Shown here: positions 34,153 to 44,027 of the stretch, in pieces
How the letters are laid out: the number at the start of each line of letters is the position of its first letter
How positions within the stretch are numbered: the first letter of the stretch is position 1
From: an uncultured Actinomycetes bacterium
GTDB lineage: Bacteria > Actinomycetota > Thermoleophilia > Gaiellales > JAICJC01
Assembly (NCBI GenBank): GCA_963757605.1
Contig: CAVWSF010000001.1
Coordinates: 25,531-89,530 of the forward strand
Reading direction: 5' to 3'
DNA: 64,000 nucleotides
The notes under the pieces: generated by a model
Told to the model about the DNA's origin: nothing
Database searches by the model: none
Seen by the model: the letters and a program-made list of their open reading frames with translations, nothing else
Position numbers and translations under genes: made by a program

Positions 34153-35568
34153 ATGCGGTCGACGGTCGAGCGTGAGCTGAAGCTCGGTGCCGGAGCGGAG
34201 TTCGCAGGGATCCCGTTCGAAGGTCGCGAGCTGCCGGAAGAGGTGCTGACCTCGACCTACTACGACACGGACGACCTGCGGCTGGCCGAGGGGCGGATCA
34301 CGCTCCGCCGCCGCACCGCCGAGACCCGCGAGCCGGCCTGGCAGCTCAAGCTGCCCGCCGGCGGAGATCGGCTCGAGCTTGAGTGGCCGGCGCCGACGGA
34401 GGCCGTGCCTGCGGAGGTGCGCGATCTGCTCATGGCGCGCACCCGCGGAACGCCGCTCAGCGCGGTCGCGACGCTGCGTACGCGGCGGTCCGGCGTCGTC
34501 GTCCGCGATGCCGGCGGCGATGTGGCTGAGGTCGTGCGCGACTCCGTCGAGGTGCTCGACGGGGGCCGGCCCGTACGAGTCTTCGACGAGATCGAGGCCG
34601 AGCTCGTGGGTGGCGACGCGAAGGCGCTGAGACAGCTCGAGCGGCGCCTGCGCGACGCGGGCGCCTCCGACGGCGACGGCAGGCCGAAGCTGTTTCAGGC
34701 CCTCGACCTGCGTCCACAGAAGCGAGCTTCGGGTGGAAAATCCGCTCGCGCCCGCCTGGCCGCCGCCCTCCAGGAGCAGTATCGGGAGATCCTGACCCAC
34801 GATCCGGGTACCAGGCTCGGCGAGGACCCGGACGCTCTGCACGACCACCGAGTCGCCATTCGGCGGCTGCGGGCGATGTTGCGGGCGGGGCGGCCGATGC
34901 TCGACCGGACGTGGGCGGACGACCTTCGCCGGTCGCTCCGCGACGCAGGGCACGCGCTGGCCCAGGTCCGCGACCTCGACGTGCTGCTCGAACAGTTGCG
35001 GGCTGATGTCGACGAGCTCGACGGGCCGGAGCATGCCGGCGGAGCGCGGATCGTGCGGATCCTGGAGGACCGGCGCGAGCGGGCGCAGGCCGAGCTGGTC
35101 AGCGCGCTTGGTCAGCCCGAGTACGTGAGCCTCCTGAACCGGCTCGAGCATGCGGTGAAGGAGCCGCGGTTCGCCGGATCGGGATCGCTCCGGAAGGCGG
35201 TCTCGAAGGAGCACCGGCGTGTCCGGCGCAAGGCGCGGCGGCTGCCCCGGGACCCCTCGGACGCCGAGCTCCACGACGTGCGAAAGGCGGTCAAGCGCGC
35301 CCGCTACGCGGCGGAGCTTGCGGCCGCGGTCGGGGCCAAGGGGACCGGCAAGTACCTGAAGCGGGCGAAGAGGGTCCAGGATGTGCTGGGCGACCACCAG
35401 GATGCCGTCGTCGCGGCCGCTGTGCTCCGCGAGGTCGGGTCGGGCTCGGCGGTAGCGGCGCTCGTGGCCCGCCAGGACGCCCGCCGGGCCAACGCCCGGG
35501 CGGCGCTTCCGAAGGCGTGGAAGCGGTTCGACAAGCGAGGCCGGAGCCTGAAGCGCACGATCCGTTGA
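34153..35568 (+). CDS. CYTH domain + CHAD domain protein (triphosphate tunnel metalloenzyme family)
   Basis: The N-terminus is VERELKL...FDEIEAEL (CYTH). The C-terminus is HDHRVAIRRLRAMLR...VRDLDVL...HDVRKAVKRARYAAE (CHAD). Confidence 0.85.
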   Translation: MRSTVERELKLGAGAEFAGIPFEGRELPEEVLTSTYYDTDDLRLAEGRITLRRRTAETREPAWQLKLPAGGDRLELEWPAPTEAVPAEVRDLLMARTRGTPLSAVATLRTRRSGVVVRDAGGDVAEVVRDSVEVLDGGRPVRVFDEIEAELVGGDAKALRQLERRLRDAGASDGDGRPKLFQALDLRPQKRASGGKSARARLAAALQEQYREILTHDPGTRLGEDPDALHDHRVAIRRLRAMLRAGRPMLDRTWADDLRRSLRDAGHALAQVRDLDVLLEQLRADVDELDGPEHAGGARIVRILEDRRERAQAELVSALGQPEYVSLLNRLEHAVKEPRFAGSGSLRKAVSKEHRRVRRKARRLPRDPSDAELHDVRKAVKRARYAAELAAAVGAKGTGKYLKRAKRVQDVLGDHQDAVVAAAVLREVGSGSAVAALVARQDARRANARAALPKAWKRFDKRGRSLKRTIR

Positions 35569-35593
35569 CCTGCGCCCCGGCCGTGTCGCGTCG

Positions 35594-37196
35594 TCAGCCG
35601 AGCACCATTCCCTCCGCTGCCGCCGACGGCGTCGGCTCGGGCTCGCGCAGCATGCGGAACGAGTTCAGGAGCCCGAGCAGGGCGGCGATCGTGGGGATGA
35701 GGAGCGCGACCTGCAGCGCTCGGGGCCGGGCATCCGTGTTGATGTCGATGATCTCGGCCTGAACGTCGGCCGGCTGGCCGGCCAACTGCTTCTCGAGCTG
35801 CGTGTTCGTCATCACCTCGGCGTCGTGCTCGAGCGCCTTCGCCACCTGCTGCTGCTGGGCGGGGGCCAGCACGTCGCTCTGCTGGGTCATGTTGGTGAAG
35901 CTGGCGGAGAGCGTCCACAGCATGATGGCGCCGGCGAACGCGAGCCCGAACGACAGCCCGAACGAGCCGGACGCGGAGTTCACGCCCGCCGCCTCGCTGA
36001 TCCGCTTCTCGGAGACCGGTGAGAGCGTGTAGTTGTTGAGCTGGGAGACGAGCAGTCCCAGACCGGCGCCGGCGATGAGCAGCGGCACGACGAGGTACCA
36101 CCCCGACGACGCCCGGGGGATGATCGGGATCAAGAGGACGAGGCCCACGCTCAGAAGGGCGAAGCCGATGCGGATGATCCCGCTGGCCCGGCGCTTGGCC
36201 TTGCGGCGGCCCGCCGCGAGCGCCACGCGCGAACATGCTGAGCGACAGCGGTGCCAGCGACAGGCCCGCTCCCATCGCGGAGTACTCGAGCACCATCTGG
36301 AGGTAGATCGGCAGCGCGATCATCAGCCCGCCGAGCGCGATCTGCTGGAGCATCTGCCCGGACACGCCGTACCGGAAGACCCGCGAGCGGAAGAGGTCGG
36401 GGTCGAGCAGCGCGGGCTTGCCCTCGCGCTTTCGCCGCACGAGCCACCGCGCGAGGAGCACGAGCGAGATGAGGCCCGCGGCGATCAGCGCCGCAACGTA
36501 GTCGCCGCCCTCCTGCCAGACGAGGATCCCCAGGACGACACAGCCCATGCCGACCACCGACAGCACGGAGCCGACGATGTCCACGCCGCGCGGCCCGGTG
36601 TACTCGACGTCGCGCACGAGCTTGATCCCCAGGAGCACCACCAGGATCACGACGTCCTCGAGCGCGAACGCGACCCGCCACGACAGGTAGGTCGTGATGA
36701 ACCCGCCGAGCAGCGGCCCCACCGCCGCGGCGACGGCGGCGGCGGCGCCCACCATCGCGTACGCCTTCTTCTGGGCCTCCCCGGCGAAGTTGCCGTGCAC
36801 CAGCGACTGCATCGCCGGCAGGAGCAGTGACGCGCCCAGCCCGCCGATGACGGCCCAGAAGACGATGACGGCGGTGAGGCTCTGGGCGACCACCATCGCC
36901 GCAGCTCCGGTGGCGTATGCCAGGAGGCCGATGACGTACGCCCGCTTTCGCCCGATCAGGTCGCCCACCTTGCCTCCGATCAGGATGAACGCGGCCGAGA
37001 CGAGCGCCTCGAGCGCGATGGTCCCCTGGACGCCGCTCGCGGTCGCACCGAGGTCGTGGACGACTGCGGAGATCGACACGTTCATGAACGACGTGTCGAC
37101 CACCAGGACGAACATCGCGGCGGCCAGCAGCAGCTGCAGCCGCCGGTCGCCCGAGGCGTCCGGAGCAGGCGGTGCCGGTGTCTCGGCCTCGAGCAT
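35594..37196 (-). pseudogene. MFS drug/H+ antiporter (DHA2/EmrB-like, 14-TMS type), frame broken once
   Basis: The frame from 37196 reads MFS sequence up to ...LSLSMFA. The protein continues from GTG 36226 in another frame (VALAAGRRKAKRRASGIIRIGF...). One extra base sits at ~36227. Confidence 0.75.
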
Positions 37197-37289
37197 GACA
37201 GGGGATCAGACCCGATCCAGCGCGCGCGGACGTCATGCCGATCGGACGACGTGCCAGGCGGTGAGCCTCACGGCTCCTATGGTGCGGGC

Positions 37290-38279
37290 GTGTACAGCGA
37301 GCCGCGCGATCTCGACCGAGCGGCGCTGGCGGACGCGCTCGAGCGCCGTTGGGGCATCGCCGCCACGCGCCTGGACTACCTGCCTGTCGGGTTCGGCAGC
37401 CACCACTGGGAGGCGGTCGACGCACGTGGGACGCGATGGTTCGTGAGCGCAGACGACCTTCGCGCGGGGCGGCACGCCGGCCGGGACGCGGACGACGTCT
37501 ACACGGGGCTCGACCGAGCCTATTGCGCGGCGGCCGCGCTGCGAGACGAGGCGGGATTGGAGTTCGTCCTCGCGCCGGTCGCTTCTGAGGGTGGAGCGGT
37601 CCTGCACCGCCTCGACGAGCGGTATGCGGTCCGCGTGGAGCCGTTCGTGGACGGCGCCGCGACGCAGGACGGCGAGTTCGAGCGCCCCGAGGACCGGCGC
37701 AGGATGGGGACGCTGCTCGGCCGGCTGCATGCCGCGTCGGAGCGGGTGCCGGCCGGCGTTCCAGGCCGGGAGGACTTCGCGCTCGCCGGCCGGGCGGCGC
37801 TCGAGGAGGCGCTCGGCCGGCTCGAGACGCCGTGGGAGTCCGGGCCGCTCGCCGAGCCGGCCAGAGAGCTGCTTCGGGCGCACGCCGGCGAGCTGCGGGA
37901 ACGGCTGCACGCCCACGATCGGCTCGTCGAGCGCGTGCGCGACGCGCCCGGCGCGTGGGTCGTCACGCACGGAGAGCCGCACAGCGCGAACGTCATACGG
38001 GAGCCGGACGGCCGCCTGCGGCTGGCGGATTGGGACACGGCGCTGGTCGGTCCGCGCGAGCGCGACCTGTGGATGACGCTCGACATCGACATGGCGGGCT
38101 GGGAGGAGTACCGCGCGGTGATGGGGGCAGTTCGGCTGAACGAGGAGGCGCTGGGCCTCTATCGGGAGCGATGGGCGCTCGCCGAGATCTGCGCCTACGT
38201 GGCCGAGTTCCGCCAGCCGCACGAGGAGACGGAGGACACGCGCACCTCGTGGAGGGAGCTCGGCGAGTACCTGCCGTAA
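37290..38279 (+). CDS. Aminoglycoside/choline-kinase-like phosphotransferase (APH family)
   Basis: Has THGEPHSANVI (catalytic loop) and LADWDTA (DxD-like), plus an N-terminal nucleotide-binding lobe. The start is 37290 or 37251. Confidence 0.7.
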   Translation: MYSEPRDLDRAALADALERRWGIAATRLDYLPVGFGSHHWEAVDARGTRWFVSADDLRAGRHAGRDADDVYTGLDRAYCAAAALRDEAGLEFVLAPVASEGGAVLHRLDERYAVRVEPFVDGAATQDGEFERPEDRRRMGTLLGRLHAASERVPAGVPGREDFALAGRAALEEALGRLETPWESGPLAEPARELLRAHAGELRERLHAHDRLVERVRDAPGAWVVTHGEPHSANVIREPDGRLRLADWDTALVGPRERDLWMTLDIDMAGWEEYRAVMGAVRLNEEALGLYRERWALAEICAYVAEFRQPHEETEDTRTSWRELGEYLP

Positions 38280-38302
38280 GCGCGATCCCAATCAGCCGTC
38301 CG

Positions 38303-38491
38303 CTATGAGCGAGTCGGCCCTCCCTGTCGGCGCCGGGTGGCGACATCGACGACGAGGAGCGCCAATCCGACGGTGATCGGCGGCAGCCCGACCGTCCACC
38401 CGCTGGTGAAGATGACGACGGCTCCGACGGCGATCAGCAGGAGCGCAAGCGCGCGGAGCACGAGATTGGCTGTCGGGCGGGCGTGGTTCAT
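38303..38491 (-). CDS. Hypothetical small two-TM membrane protein
   Basis: ATG 38491 is preceded by GGAAGGAG. The sequence is MNHARPTANLVLRALALLLIAVGAVVIFTSGWTVGLPPITVGLALLVVDV. Confidence 0.55.
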   Translation of the reverse strand: MNHARPTANLVLRALALLLIAVGAVVIFTSGWTVGLPPITVGLALLVVDVATRRRQGGPTRS

Positions 38492-38540
38492 CCCGCGCTC
38501 CTTCCCGTGACTGCCGGCGGCTAATCCGCCCGCGATGGAA

Positions 38541-38562
38541 ATGCGCCTCGTAGGAATCGAGC
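38541..38562. repeat. Direct repeat of the tRNA-Arg 3' end (att-like scar)
   Basis: ATGCGCCTCGTAGGAATCGAGC matches 39587-39608 (ATGCGCCTGGTAGGAATCGAAC) at 20 of 22 positions, in the same orientation. Confidence 0.7.
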
Positions 38563-38678
38563 ACGCCACCTGTTCACCGATCCGGGCCGCGTTTGCACGT
38601 GAAGGTCAGAGCTGCCCCGCAATCGGGTATGCCACCAGGGAATCTCCGACCGTAATCCCACGTCCCGGAGGCCTTGTC

Positions 38679-39539
38679 ATGCCGGTTGCCACCGCTCCAT
38701 CGTTGACCCTGAATAACGGCGTCGAGATGCCGATCCTCGGCTTTGGCGTCTTCCAGATCCCCGCCGAGCAGACCGAGCAGACCGTCGTCCATGCGCTCGA
38801 GGCCGGCTACCGCGCGCTCGACACTGCCGCGTCATACGGCAACGAGGAGGCAGTCGGCCGAGCAATCGCCAGCAGCGGGATCCCGCGCTCCGAGCTGTTT
38901 GTCACCACAAAACTCTGGATCCAGAGGCAACCAGGCGAGGAGGGCGCCCGGCGGGCGTTCGAGGCCTCGTTGCAGCGCCTGGGCCTTGACCACGTCGACC
39001 TCTACCTCATTCACCAGCCGCTCGGCGACTACTACAGCGCCTGGCGCGCCATGCAGGACATCAATCGAGACGGGCGCGCGAAGGCGATCGGCGTGGCGAA
39101 TTTCTACCCCGACCGGCTCGTCGACCTCGTCGAGCACAACGAGATCACTCCAGCGGTCAACCAGATTGAGACCCACCCGTTCTTCCAGCGCACCGCCGAC
39201 CAAGAGTTGATGCGCGAGCGCGGCATCCAGATCGAATCCTGGGGGCCGTTCGCCGAAGGCAGAAACGACCTCTTTTCCAATCCGTTGCTCAGCGAGATCG
39301 GGGCGGCACACGGCAAGTCCGTCGGTCAGGTCGTCCTCCGGTGGCTGACCCAGCGCGGCGTCATCGTCATACCGAAGTCGGTACGCCCTGAGCGCCAGCG
39401 CGAGAACATCGACATCTTCGACTTCGAGCTCACCGAGGAGCAGATGGCTCGCATCGCTGGTCTCGACACCGGCGCCTCGCTGTTCTTCGACCATCGCGAC
39501 CCCGCCATGGTCACCCGGCTCAACGGCCGCGCCGAGTGA
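38679..39539 (+). CDS. Aldo/keto reductase (2,5-diketo-D-gluconate reductase-like)
   Basis: Has [49 protein letters not shown] and [22 protein letters not shown]. By eye it has more A/T-ending codons than its neighbours. Confidence 0.9.
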   Translation: MPVATAPSLTLNNGVEMPILGFGVFQIPAEQTEQTVVHALEAGYRALDTAASYGNEEAVGRAIASSGIPRSELFVTTKLWIQRQPGEEGARRAFEASLQRLGLDHVDLYLIHQPLGDYYSAWRAMQDINRDGRAKAIGVANFYPDRLVDLVEHNEITPAVNQIETHPFFQRTADQELMRERGIQIESWGPFAEGRNDLFSNPLLSEIGAAHGKSVGQVVLRWLTQRGVIVIPKSVRPERQRENIDIFDFELTEEQMARIAGLDTGASLFFDHRDPAMVTRLNGRAE

Positions 39540-39587
39540 GCCGGCAGAGCACCCGAGCATTCGCTGCTGCAACGGTGCGGCGGAAGA

Positions 39588-39660
39588 TGCGCCTGGTAGG
39601 AATCGAACCTACGGCCTTGCGCTCCGGAGGCGCACGCTCTATCCCCTGAGCTACAGGCGC
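39588..39660 (-). tRNA. tRNA-Arg (anticodon CCG)
   Basis: The minus strand reads GCGCCTGTAGCTCAGGGGATAGAGCGTGCGCCTCCGGAGCGCAAGGCCGTAGGTTCGATTCCTACCAGGCGCA. It folds as a cloverleaf with anticodon loop CUCCGGA and a GTTCGATTC T-arm. No CCA is encoded. Confidence 0.9.
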
Positions 39661-39712
39661 GTGGGGACGATTCTACCGGCCGAGCGGCGCTCGGTCGGAT
39701 ACGCTGGCGCCG

Positions 39713-40738
39713 ATGCGGCTCCACGCGCGGACGTTCACGCTCGAGTACCTGGAGCCGTTCGTCATCTCGCGGTCGGCCGACACGAGCTCGCAGGTCGTGC
39801 AGGTGGCGATCGAGCACGACGGCGTCGTCGGCTTCGGGGAGGGCGCGCCGGACGACCACTACGACGAGGGGCCCGACACGGCCCGCGACTGGATCCTCGA
39901 CCACGTCGAGCCGCTCCTGGGCGACGACCCGTTCGCCACGGAGGCGATCCTCGGCCGGCTCGCCCAGCTCCCCGGCCAGATGGGGGCCAAGTGCGCCGTC
40001 GACGGTGCGCTCCACGATCTCACGGGCAAGCTGTGCGGCCAGCCGCTGTGGCGCATCCTCGGGCTCGACCGCACGCCGCCGCCCACGAGCTACACCATCT
40101 CGATCGACACGCTCGAGGGCACGGCCGACCGCGCTGCACGGGCCGCCTCGTACAAGGCGCTCAAGATCAAGGTCGGCGGCCCGGGCGACCTGGCGCGCGT
40201 GCGGATCGTGCGCGAGGCCGCCCCGGAGGCGCTCATCCGCGTCGACGCCAACGAGGCGTGGACCGTCGAGTCGACGCGCGAGCTCGTGCCGGAGCTCGTC
40301 TCGCTCGGGGTCGAGCTGGTCGAGCAGCCGCTGCCGGCCGCCGACCGCGACGGCTACGCGGAGCTCCACGCCGCCGGCCTGCCGATCCCGATCGTGGTCG
40401 ACGAGAGCTGCCACACGCTGGCCGACGTGGCTCCGGCCGGGCAGGTCGCGGACGGCATCAACATCAAGCTGACCAAGTCCGGCGGGATCCGCGAGGCGCT
40501 GCGGATGATCCACGCCGCCCGTGCGCTCGACCTGCGCGTCATGCTGGGCTGCATGAACGAGTCGAGCCTCGGGATCGCCGGGGCGGCCCAGATCTCGCCG
40601 CTCGTCGACGTCGTCGACCTCGACGGCCACCTGCTGAACCGAAACGACAGCCACACCGGGCTCGGCTTCGCGGACGGCCGCGTGCTGCCGGGCGACGGGC
40701 CCGGCCTGGGCCTCGACCCGGTGGACGCGTGGCCCTGA
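39713..40738 (+). CDS. Enolase-superfamily dipeptide epimerase / N-acyl amino acid racemase-like
   Basis: Has KIKVG, RVDANEAW, VEQPL, VVDES and INIKLTKSGG, the metal and catalytic-Lys motifs of the MLE subgroup. Confidence 0.8.
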   Translation: MRLHARTFTLEYLEPFVISRSADTSSQVVQVAIEHDGVVGFGEGAPDDHYDEGPDTARDWILDHVEPLLGDDPFATEAILGRLAQLPGQMGAKCAVDGALHDLTGKLCGQPLWRILGLDRTPPPTSYTISIDTLEGTADRAARAASYKALKIKVGGPGDLARVRIVREAAPEALIRVDANEAWTVESTRELVPELVSLGVELVEQPLPAADRDGYAELHAAGLPIPIVVDESCHTLADVAPAGQVADGINIKLTKSGGIREALRMIHAARALDLRVMLGCMNESSLGIAGAAQISPLVDVVDLDGHLLNRNDSHTGLGFADGRVLPGDGPGLGLDPVDAWP

Positions 40739-41778
40739 AGCGCTACGTGATCCTCGCGGAGGGGGCGTTCGACGAGGAGGCCAAGACCGCCACCGGCGTC
40801 ATGCGCTACGCCGAGTCCCCGACCGTTGCGGTCATCGACTCGACCAGGGCGGGCACGGTCGCCGGCGACCACGTCCCGGGCCTCGCGAGTGACGTCCCGG
40901 TCGTGGGGGCGCTCGCCGACGCCATCCCGTTCGAGCCGACCACGCTGCTCGTCGGCGTCGCGCCGGCGGGCGGCAAGCTGCCAGACTCGTACCGGCGCGC
41001 GATCCTCGACGCGCTCCACAACGGCCTCGACGTGGAGAGCGGCCTGCACGACTTCGTGGGCGACGATCCCGAGTTCGACGCGGCCGCCCGGCTCGCCGGC
41101 CGCGAGATCCACGACCTGCGCCGGGCCCCGCACGGCCTGAACGTGCCCACCGGCGCGAACCTTGCGGTCCCGACCCACACCGTGCTCACCGTCGGCTCGG
41201 ACTGCGCGCTCGGCAAGATGACCGTCTGCCTGGAGCTCGACGCCGAGGCCAGGCGGCGCGGGCTTGCGTCGGTGTTCGTCCCGACCGGCCAGACCGGGAT
41301 CGCCATCGCCGGGTGGGGGATCGCGGTCGACGAGGTCATCTCCGACTTCGTGGCCGGGGCGGCCGAGCGGCTCGTGGTGGAGGGCCATGAGCGCGGCGGC
41401 GACGGCGCCATCCTGTGGATCGAGGGGCAGGGCTCGCTCAACCACCCGTTCTACTCAGGCGTCACGCTGGGCCTCCTGCACGGCTCGGCGCCGCACGCGC
41501 TGGTCTTCGTCCACGAGCCGGGCCGCGGGACCATCGACGGCGACGCGCGCTACCCGATCCCGGGGATCGGGGAGCTGATCGACGACCAGGTGCGGATGGC
41601 CCGCCACGTGCGCCGGGCGCCCGTCGTCGCGGTCTCGCTCAAGACGAACCGGCTGGACGAGGACGCGGCTCGGGCGGCGGTCGCCGAGGTGGAGCGGGAG
41701 ACCGCCCTGGTCGCCGACGACCCGGTGCGCTTCGGCGCCGGGCGCCTGCTGGACGCCGTGCTGAGCGCCCGCGGGTAA
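40729..41778 (+). CDS. DUF1611-domain protein (DgcN-like, P-loop/acetyltransferase-type)
   Basis: Has AEGAFDEEAKTATGVMRY, TVGSDCALGKMT and WIEGQGSLNHPFYSGVTLGLLHGS. GTG 40729 overlaps the epimerase stop. Confidence 0.7.
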   Translation: MALKRYVILAEGAFDEEAKTATGVMRYAESPTVAVIDSTRAGTVAGDHVPGLASDVPVVGALADAIPFEPTTLLVGVAPAGGKLPDSYRRAILDALHNGLDVESGLHDFVGDDPEFDAAARLAGREIHDLRRAPHGLNVPTGANLAVPTHTVLTVGSDCALGKMTVCLELDAEARRRGLASVFVPTGQTGIAIAGWGIAVDEVISDFVAGAAERLVVEGHERGGDGAILWIEGQGSLNHPFYSGVTLGLLHGSAPHALVFVHEPGRGTIDGDARYPIPGIGELIDDQVRMARHVRRAPVVAVSLKTNRLDEDAARAAVAEVERETALVADDPVRFGAGRLLDAVLSARG

Positions 41779-41789
41779 CATCCCGCGCC

Positions 41790-42890
41790 GTGCCCGATCC
41801 GCGAGTCACGAGGCTGGCCGAGGTGCTGTGCCGCTACTCGCTCGAGATCGGCCCGGGCGACACGGTGCTGATCGACGGGCCGGCCCTGGCGCAGCCGCTC
41901 TTCGTCGAGGTCGTGAAGGCGGTCACCGACGCCGGTGCCCATCCGATGCTGCGGCCGCGGCTCGACCGGGCCGACGCGGCGCTGCTCGAGGGAGCAGACG
42001 ACGCGCAGATCGCGGCGATCACGAAGCTCGACGAGGTCGAGGTCGAGGCGCCCACGCGCGCGCTCACGATCTGGGCCAACACCAACACCCGCTACATGAG
42101 CGGCGTCCCGTCCGAGACGCAGGCTGCGCGGGCTGCGGCGATGCGGCCGCTGTTCGAGCGGTTCCTGGCGCGGGAGGCGGCCGGCGACGCGCGCTGGTGC
42201 GGCACGGCGTTCCCCTGCCACGCGGCCGCCCAGGACGCGGGCATGTCGCTCTCGGAGTGGGAGGACTTCGTCTACCGCGCCGGCCATCTGGACGACCCCG
42301 ACCCGATCGCCTTCTGGCGCGAGCAGTCCAAGCGCCAGGCGGCCATCGCCGAGCGGTTCACGGGGGTCCGCGAGATCCGCATCCTGGCCGAGGACACCGA
42401 CCTCGTGCTCGACGTCGCCGACCGGATCTGGGACAACGCCGACGGCCACAAGAACTTCCCCGACGGCGAGGTCTACACCAGCCCCGTCGAGAGCTCCACC
42501 CGCGGCCACATCGCGTTCAGCTTCGACGCGACCTACATGGGAAACGACGTCGCCGGCGTACGGCTCAAGTTCGACGGGGGCCGGGTCGTGGAGCACGAGG
42601 CCACCCGCGGCGCCGACTTCCTGGGGCGGATGCTCGACATGGACGCGGGCGCACGCTACCTGGGCGAGCTGGCGTTCGGCATGAACGACGAGATCCAGGT
42701 GCCGACCCGCGACACGCTCTTCGACGAGAAGATCGGCGGCACGTGCCACGTCGCGCTCGGGATGGCGTTCCCGGAGTGCGGCGGCACGAACACGTCGGGC
42801 CTGCACTGGGACCTGGTGTGCGACCTGCGCCGCGGCGGCGAGATCCACGCCGACGGCGAGGTCATCGCGCGCGATGGGAGGTTCGTGTGA
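41790..42890 (+). CDS. M29-family aminopeptidase (AmpS/PepS type), copy 1
   Basis: Has GHKNFPDGEVYTSP, LGELAFGMN, FDEKIGGTCHVALG and GLHWDLV. Confidence 0.8.
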   Translation: MPDPRVTRLAEVLCRYSLEIGPGDTVLIDGPALAQPLFVEVVKAVTDAGAHPMLRPRLDRADAALLEGADDAQIAAITKLDEVEVEAPTRALTIWANTNTRYMSGVPSETQAARAAAMRPLFERFLAREAAGDARWCGTAFPCHAAAQDAGMSLSEWEDFVYRAGHLDDPDPIAFWREQSKRQAAIAERFTGVREIRILAEDTDLVLDVADRIWDNADGHKNFPDGEVYTSPVESSTRGHIAFSFDATYMGNDVAGVRLKFDGGRVVEHEATRGADFLGRMLDMDAGARYLGELAFGMNDEIQVPTRDTLFDEKIGGTCHVALGMAFPECGGTNTSGLHWDLVCDLRRGGEIHADGEVIARDGRFV

Positions 42891-44026
42891 CCGATCCCCG
42901 TATCGAGCGGCTGGCCGACGTGGTCGTGAACTACTCGCTGCCGCTGGCCGAGGGCGACACCGTGCTCATCCAGGGGCCGGCCCTCGCGGAGGAGCTGATC
43001 GTCGAGCTCGTCCGGGCCGCGACCCGCGCGGGGGCGATCGCCCGGGTGCGGGCCACGGTCCAGGGGACGGACGAGGCCTACCTGTCCCGGGCGAGCGAGG
43101 AGCAGCTCGACCACCTGCCGCCGTGGTCGCTCGAGGAGATGAGCGCGATCGACGCCCGCATCTCGGTCGTCGGGGCGTGGAACACGCGCGAGCTGACCGG
43201 CATCGATCCGGCCAAGATGGCACGCCGGTCTCGCGCGGCCCAGCCGCTCATGGCCCAGTTCATGGAGCGCTCGGCGGCCGGCGAGCTGAAGTGGTGCGTC
43301 ACGGCGGCGCCGTGTGAGGCCTTCGCCCAGGATGCCGGGATGTCGCTCGACGCCTACGCCGACTTCGTCTACCGCGCCGGCTGGCTCGACACCAGCGACC
43401 CGGTCGCAGCGTGGAAGACCTACGCGACCCGGCTCTCGAAGCTCGCCGAGAAGCTCGCGTCCGTGAAGACGGTGCGCGTGCTCGCCGACGGCACCGACAT
43501 CACCGTCGGCGTCGAGGGCCGCACCTGGATGGCGTCGAAGGGCACGCACAACTTCCCCGACGGCGAGGTCTTCACCGGGCCGGTCGAGACTCAGACCAAC
43601 GGCGAGGTGCGGTTCAGCTTCCCTGCGATCATGGGCGGGCGCGAGGTGGAGGACGTGCGCCTGCGGTTCGAGGGCGGCCGTGTCGTCGCGAGCGAGGCCC
43701 GAAGCGGCGAGGACTACCTGCGCCAGATGATCGGCATGGACGACGGCGCATCGATCCTGGGCGAGTTCGCGATCGGCACGAACTACGCCGTGGAGGAGTT
43801 CACGCGCCAGATCCTCTTCGACGAGAAGATCGGCGGGACGTGCCACATGGCGCTCGGCGCCGGCTACCCCGACACCGGCTCGACCAACGTCTCGGGCCTG
43901 CACTGGGACATCGTCTGCGACCTGCGCTCCGGCGGTGCCGAGATCCACGCCGACGGCGAGCCGATCTTCCGCGACGGCCAGTTCCTGCCCGAGTTCTTCG
44001 CCGAGGACCTCTCGGTCCCGGCCTGA
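42887..44026 (+). CDS. M29-family aminopeptidase, copy 2 (tandem paralog)
   Basis: Has GTHNFPDGEVFTGP, LGEFAIGTN, FDEKIGGTCHMALG and GLHWDIV. GTGA overlap with copy 1. Confidence 0.8.
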   Translation: MTDPRIERLADVVVNYSLPLAEGDTVLIQGPALAEELIVELVRAATRAGAIARVRATVQGTDEAYLSRASEEQLDHLPPWSLEEMSAIDARISVVGAWNTRELTGIDPAKMARRSRAAQPLMAQFMERSAAGELKWCVTAAPCEAFAQDAGMSLDAYADFVYRAGWLDTSDPVAAWKTYATRLSKLAEKLASVKTVRVLADGTDITVGVEGRTWMASKGTHNFPDGEVFTGPVETQTNGEVRFSFPAIMGGREVEDVRLRFEGGRVVASEARSGEDYLRQMIGMDDGASILGEFAIGTNYAVEEFTRQILFDEKIGGTCHMALGAGYPDTGSTNVSGLHWDIVCDLRSGGAEIHADGEPIFRDGQFLPEFFAEDLSVPA

Positions 44027-44027
44027 C

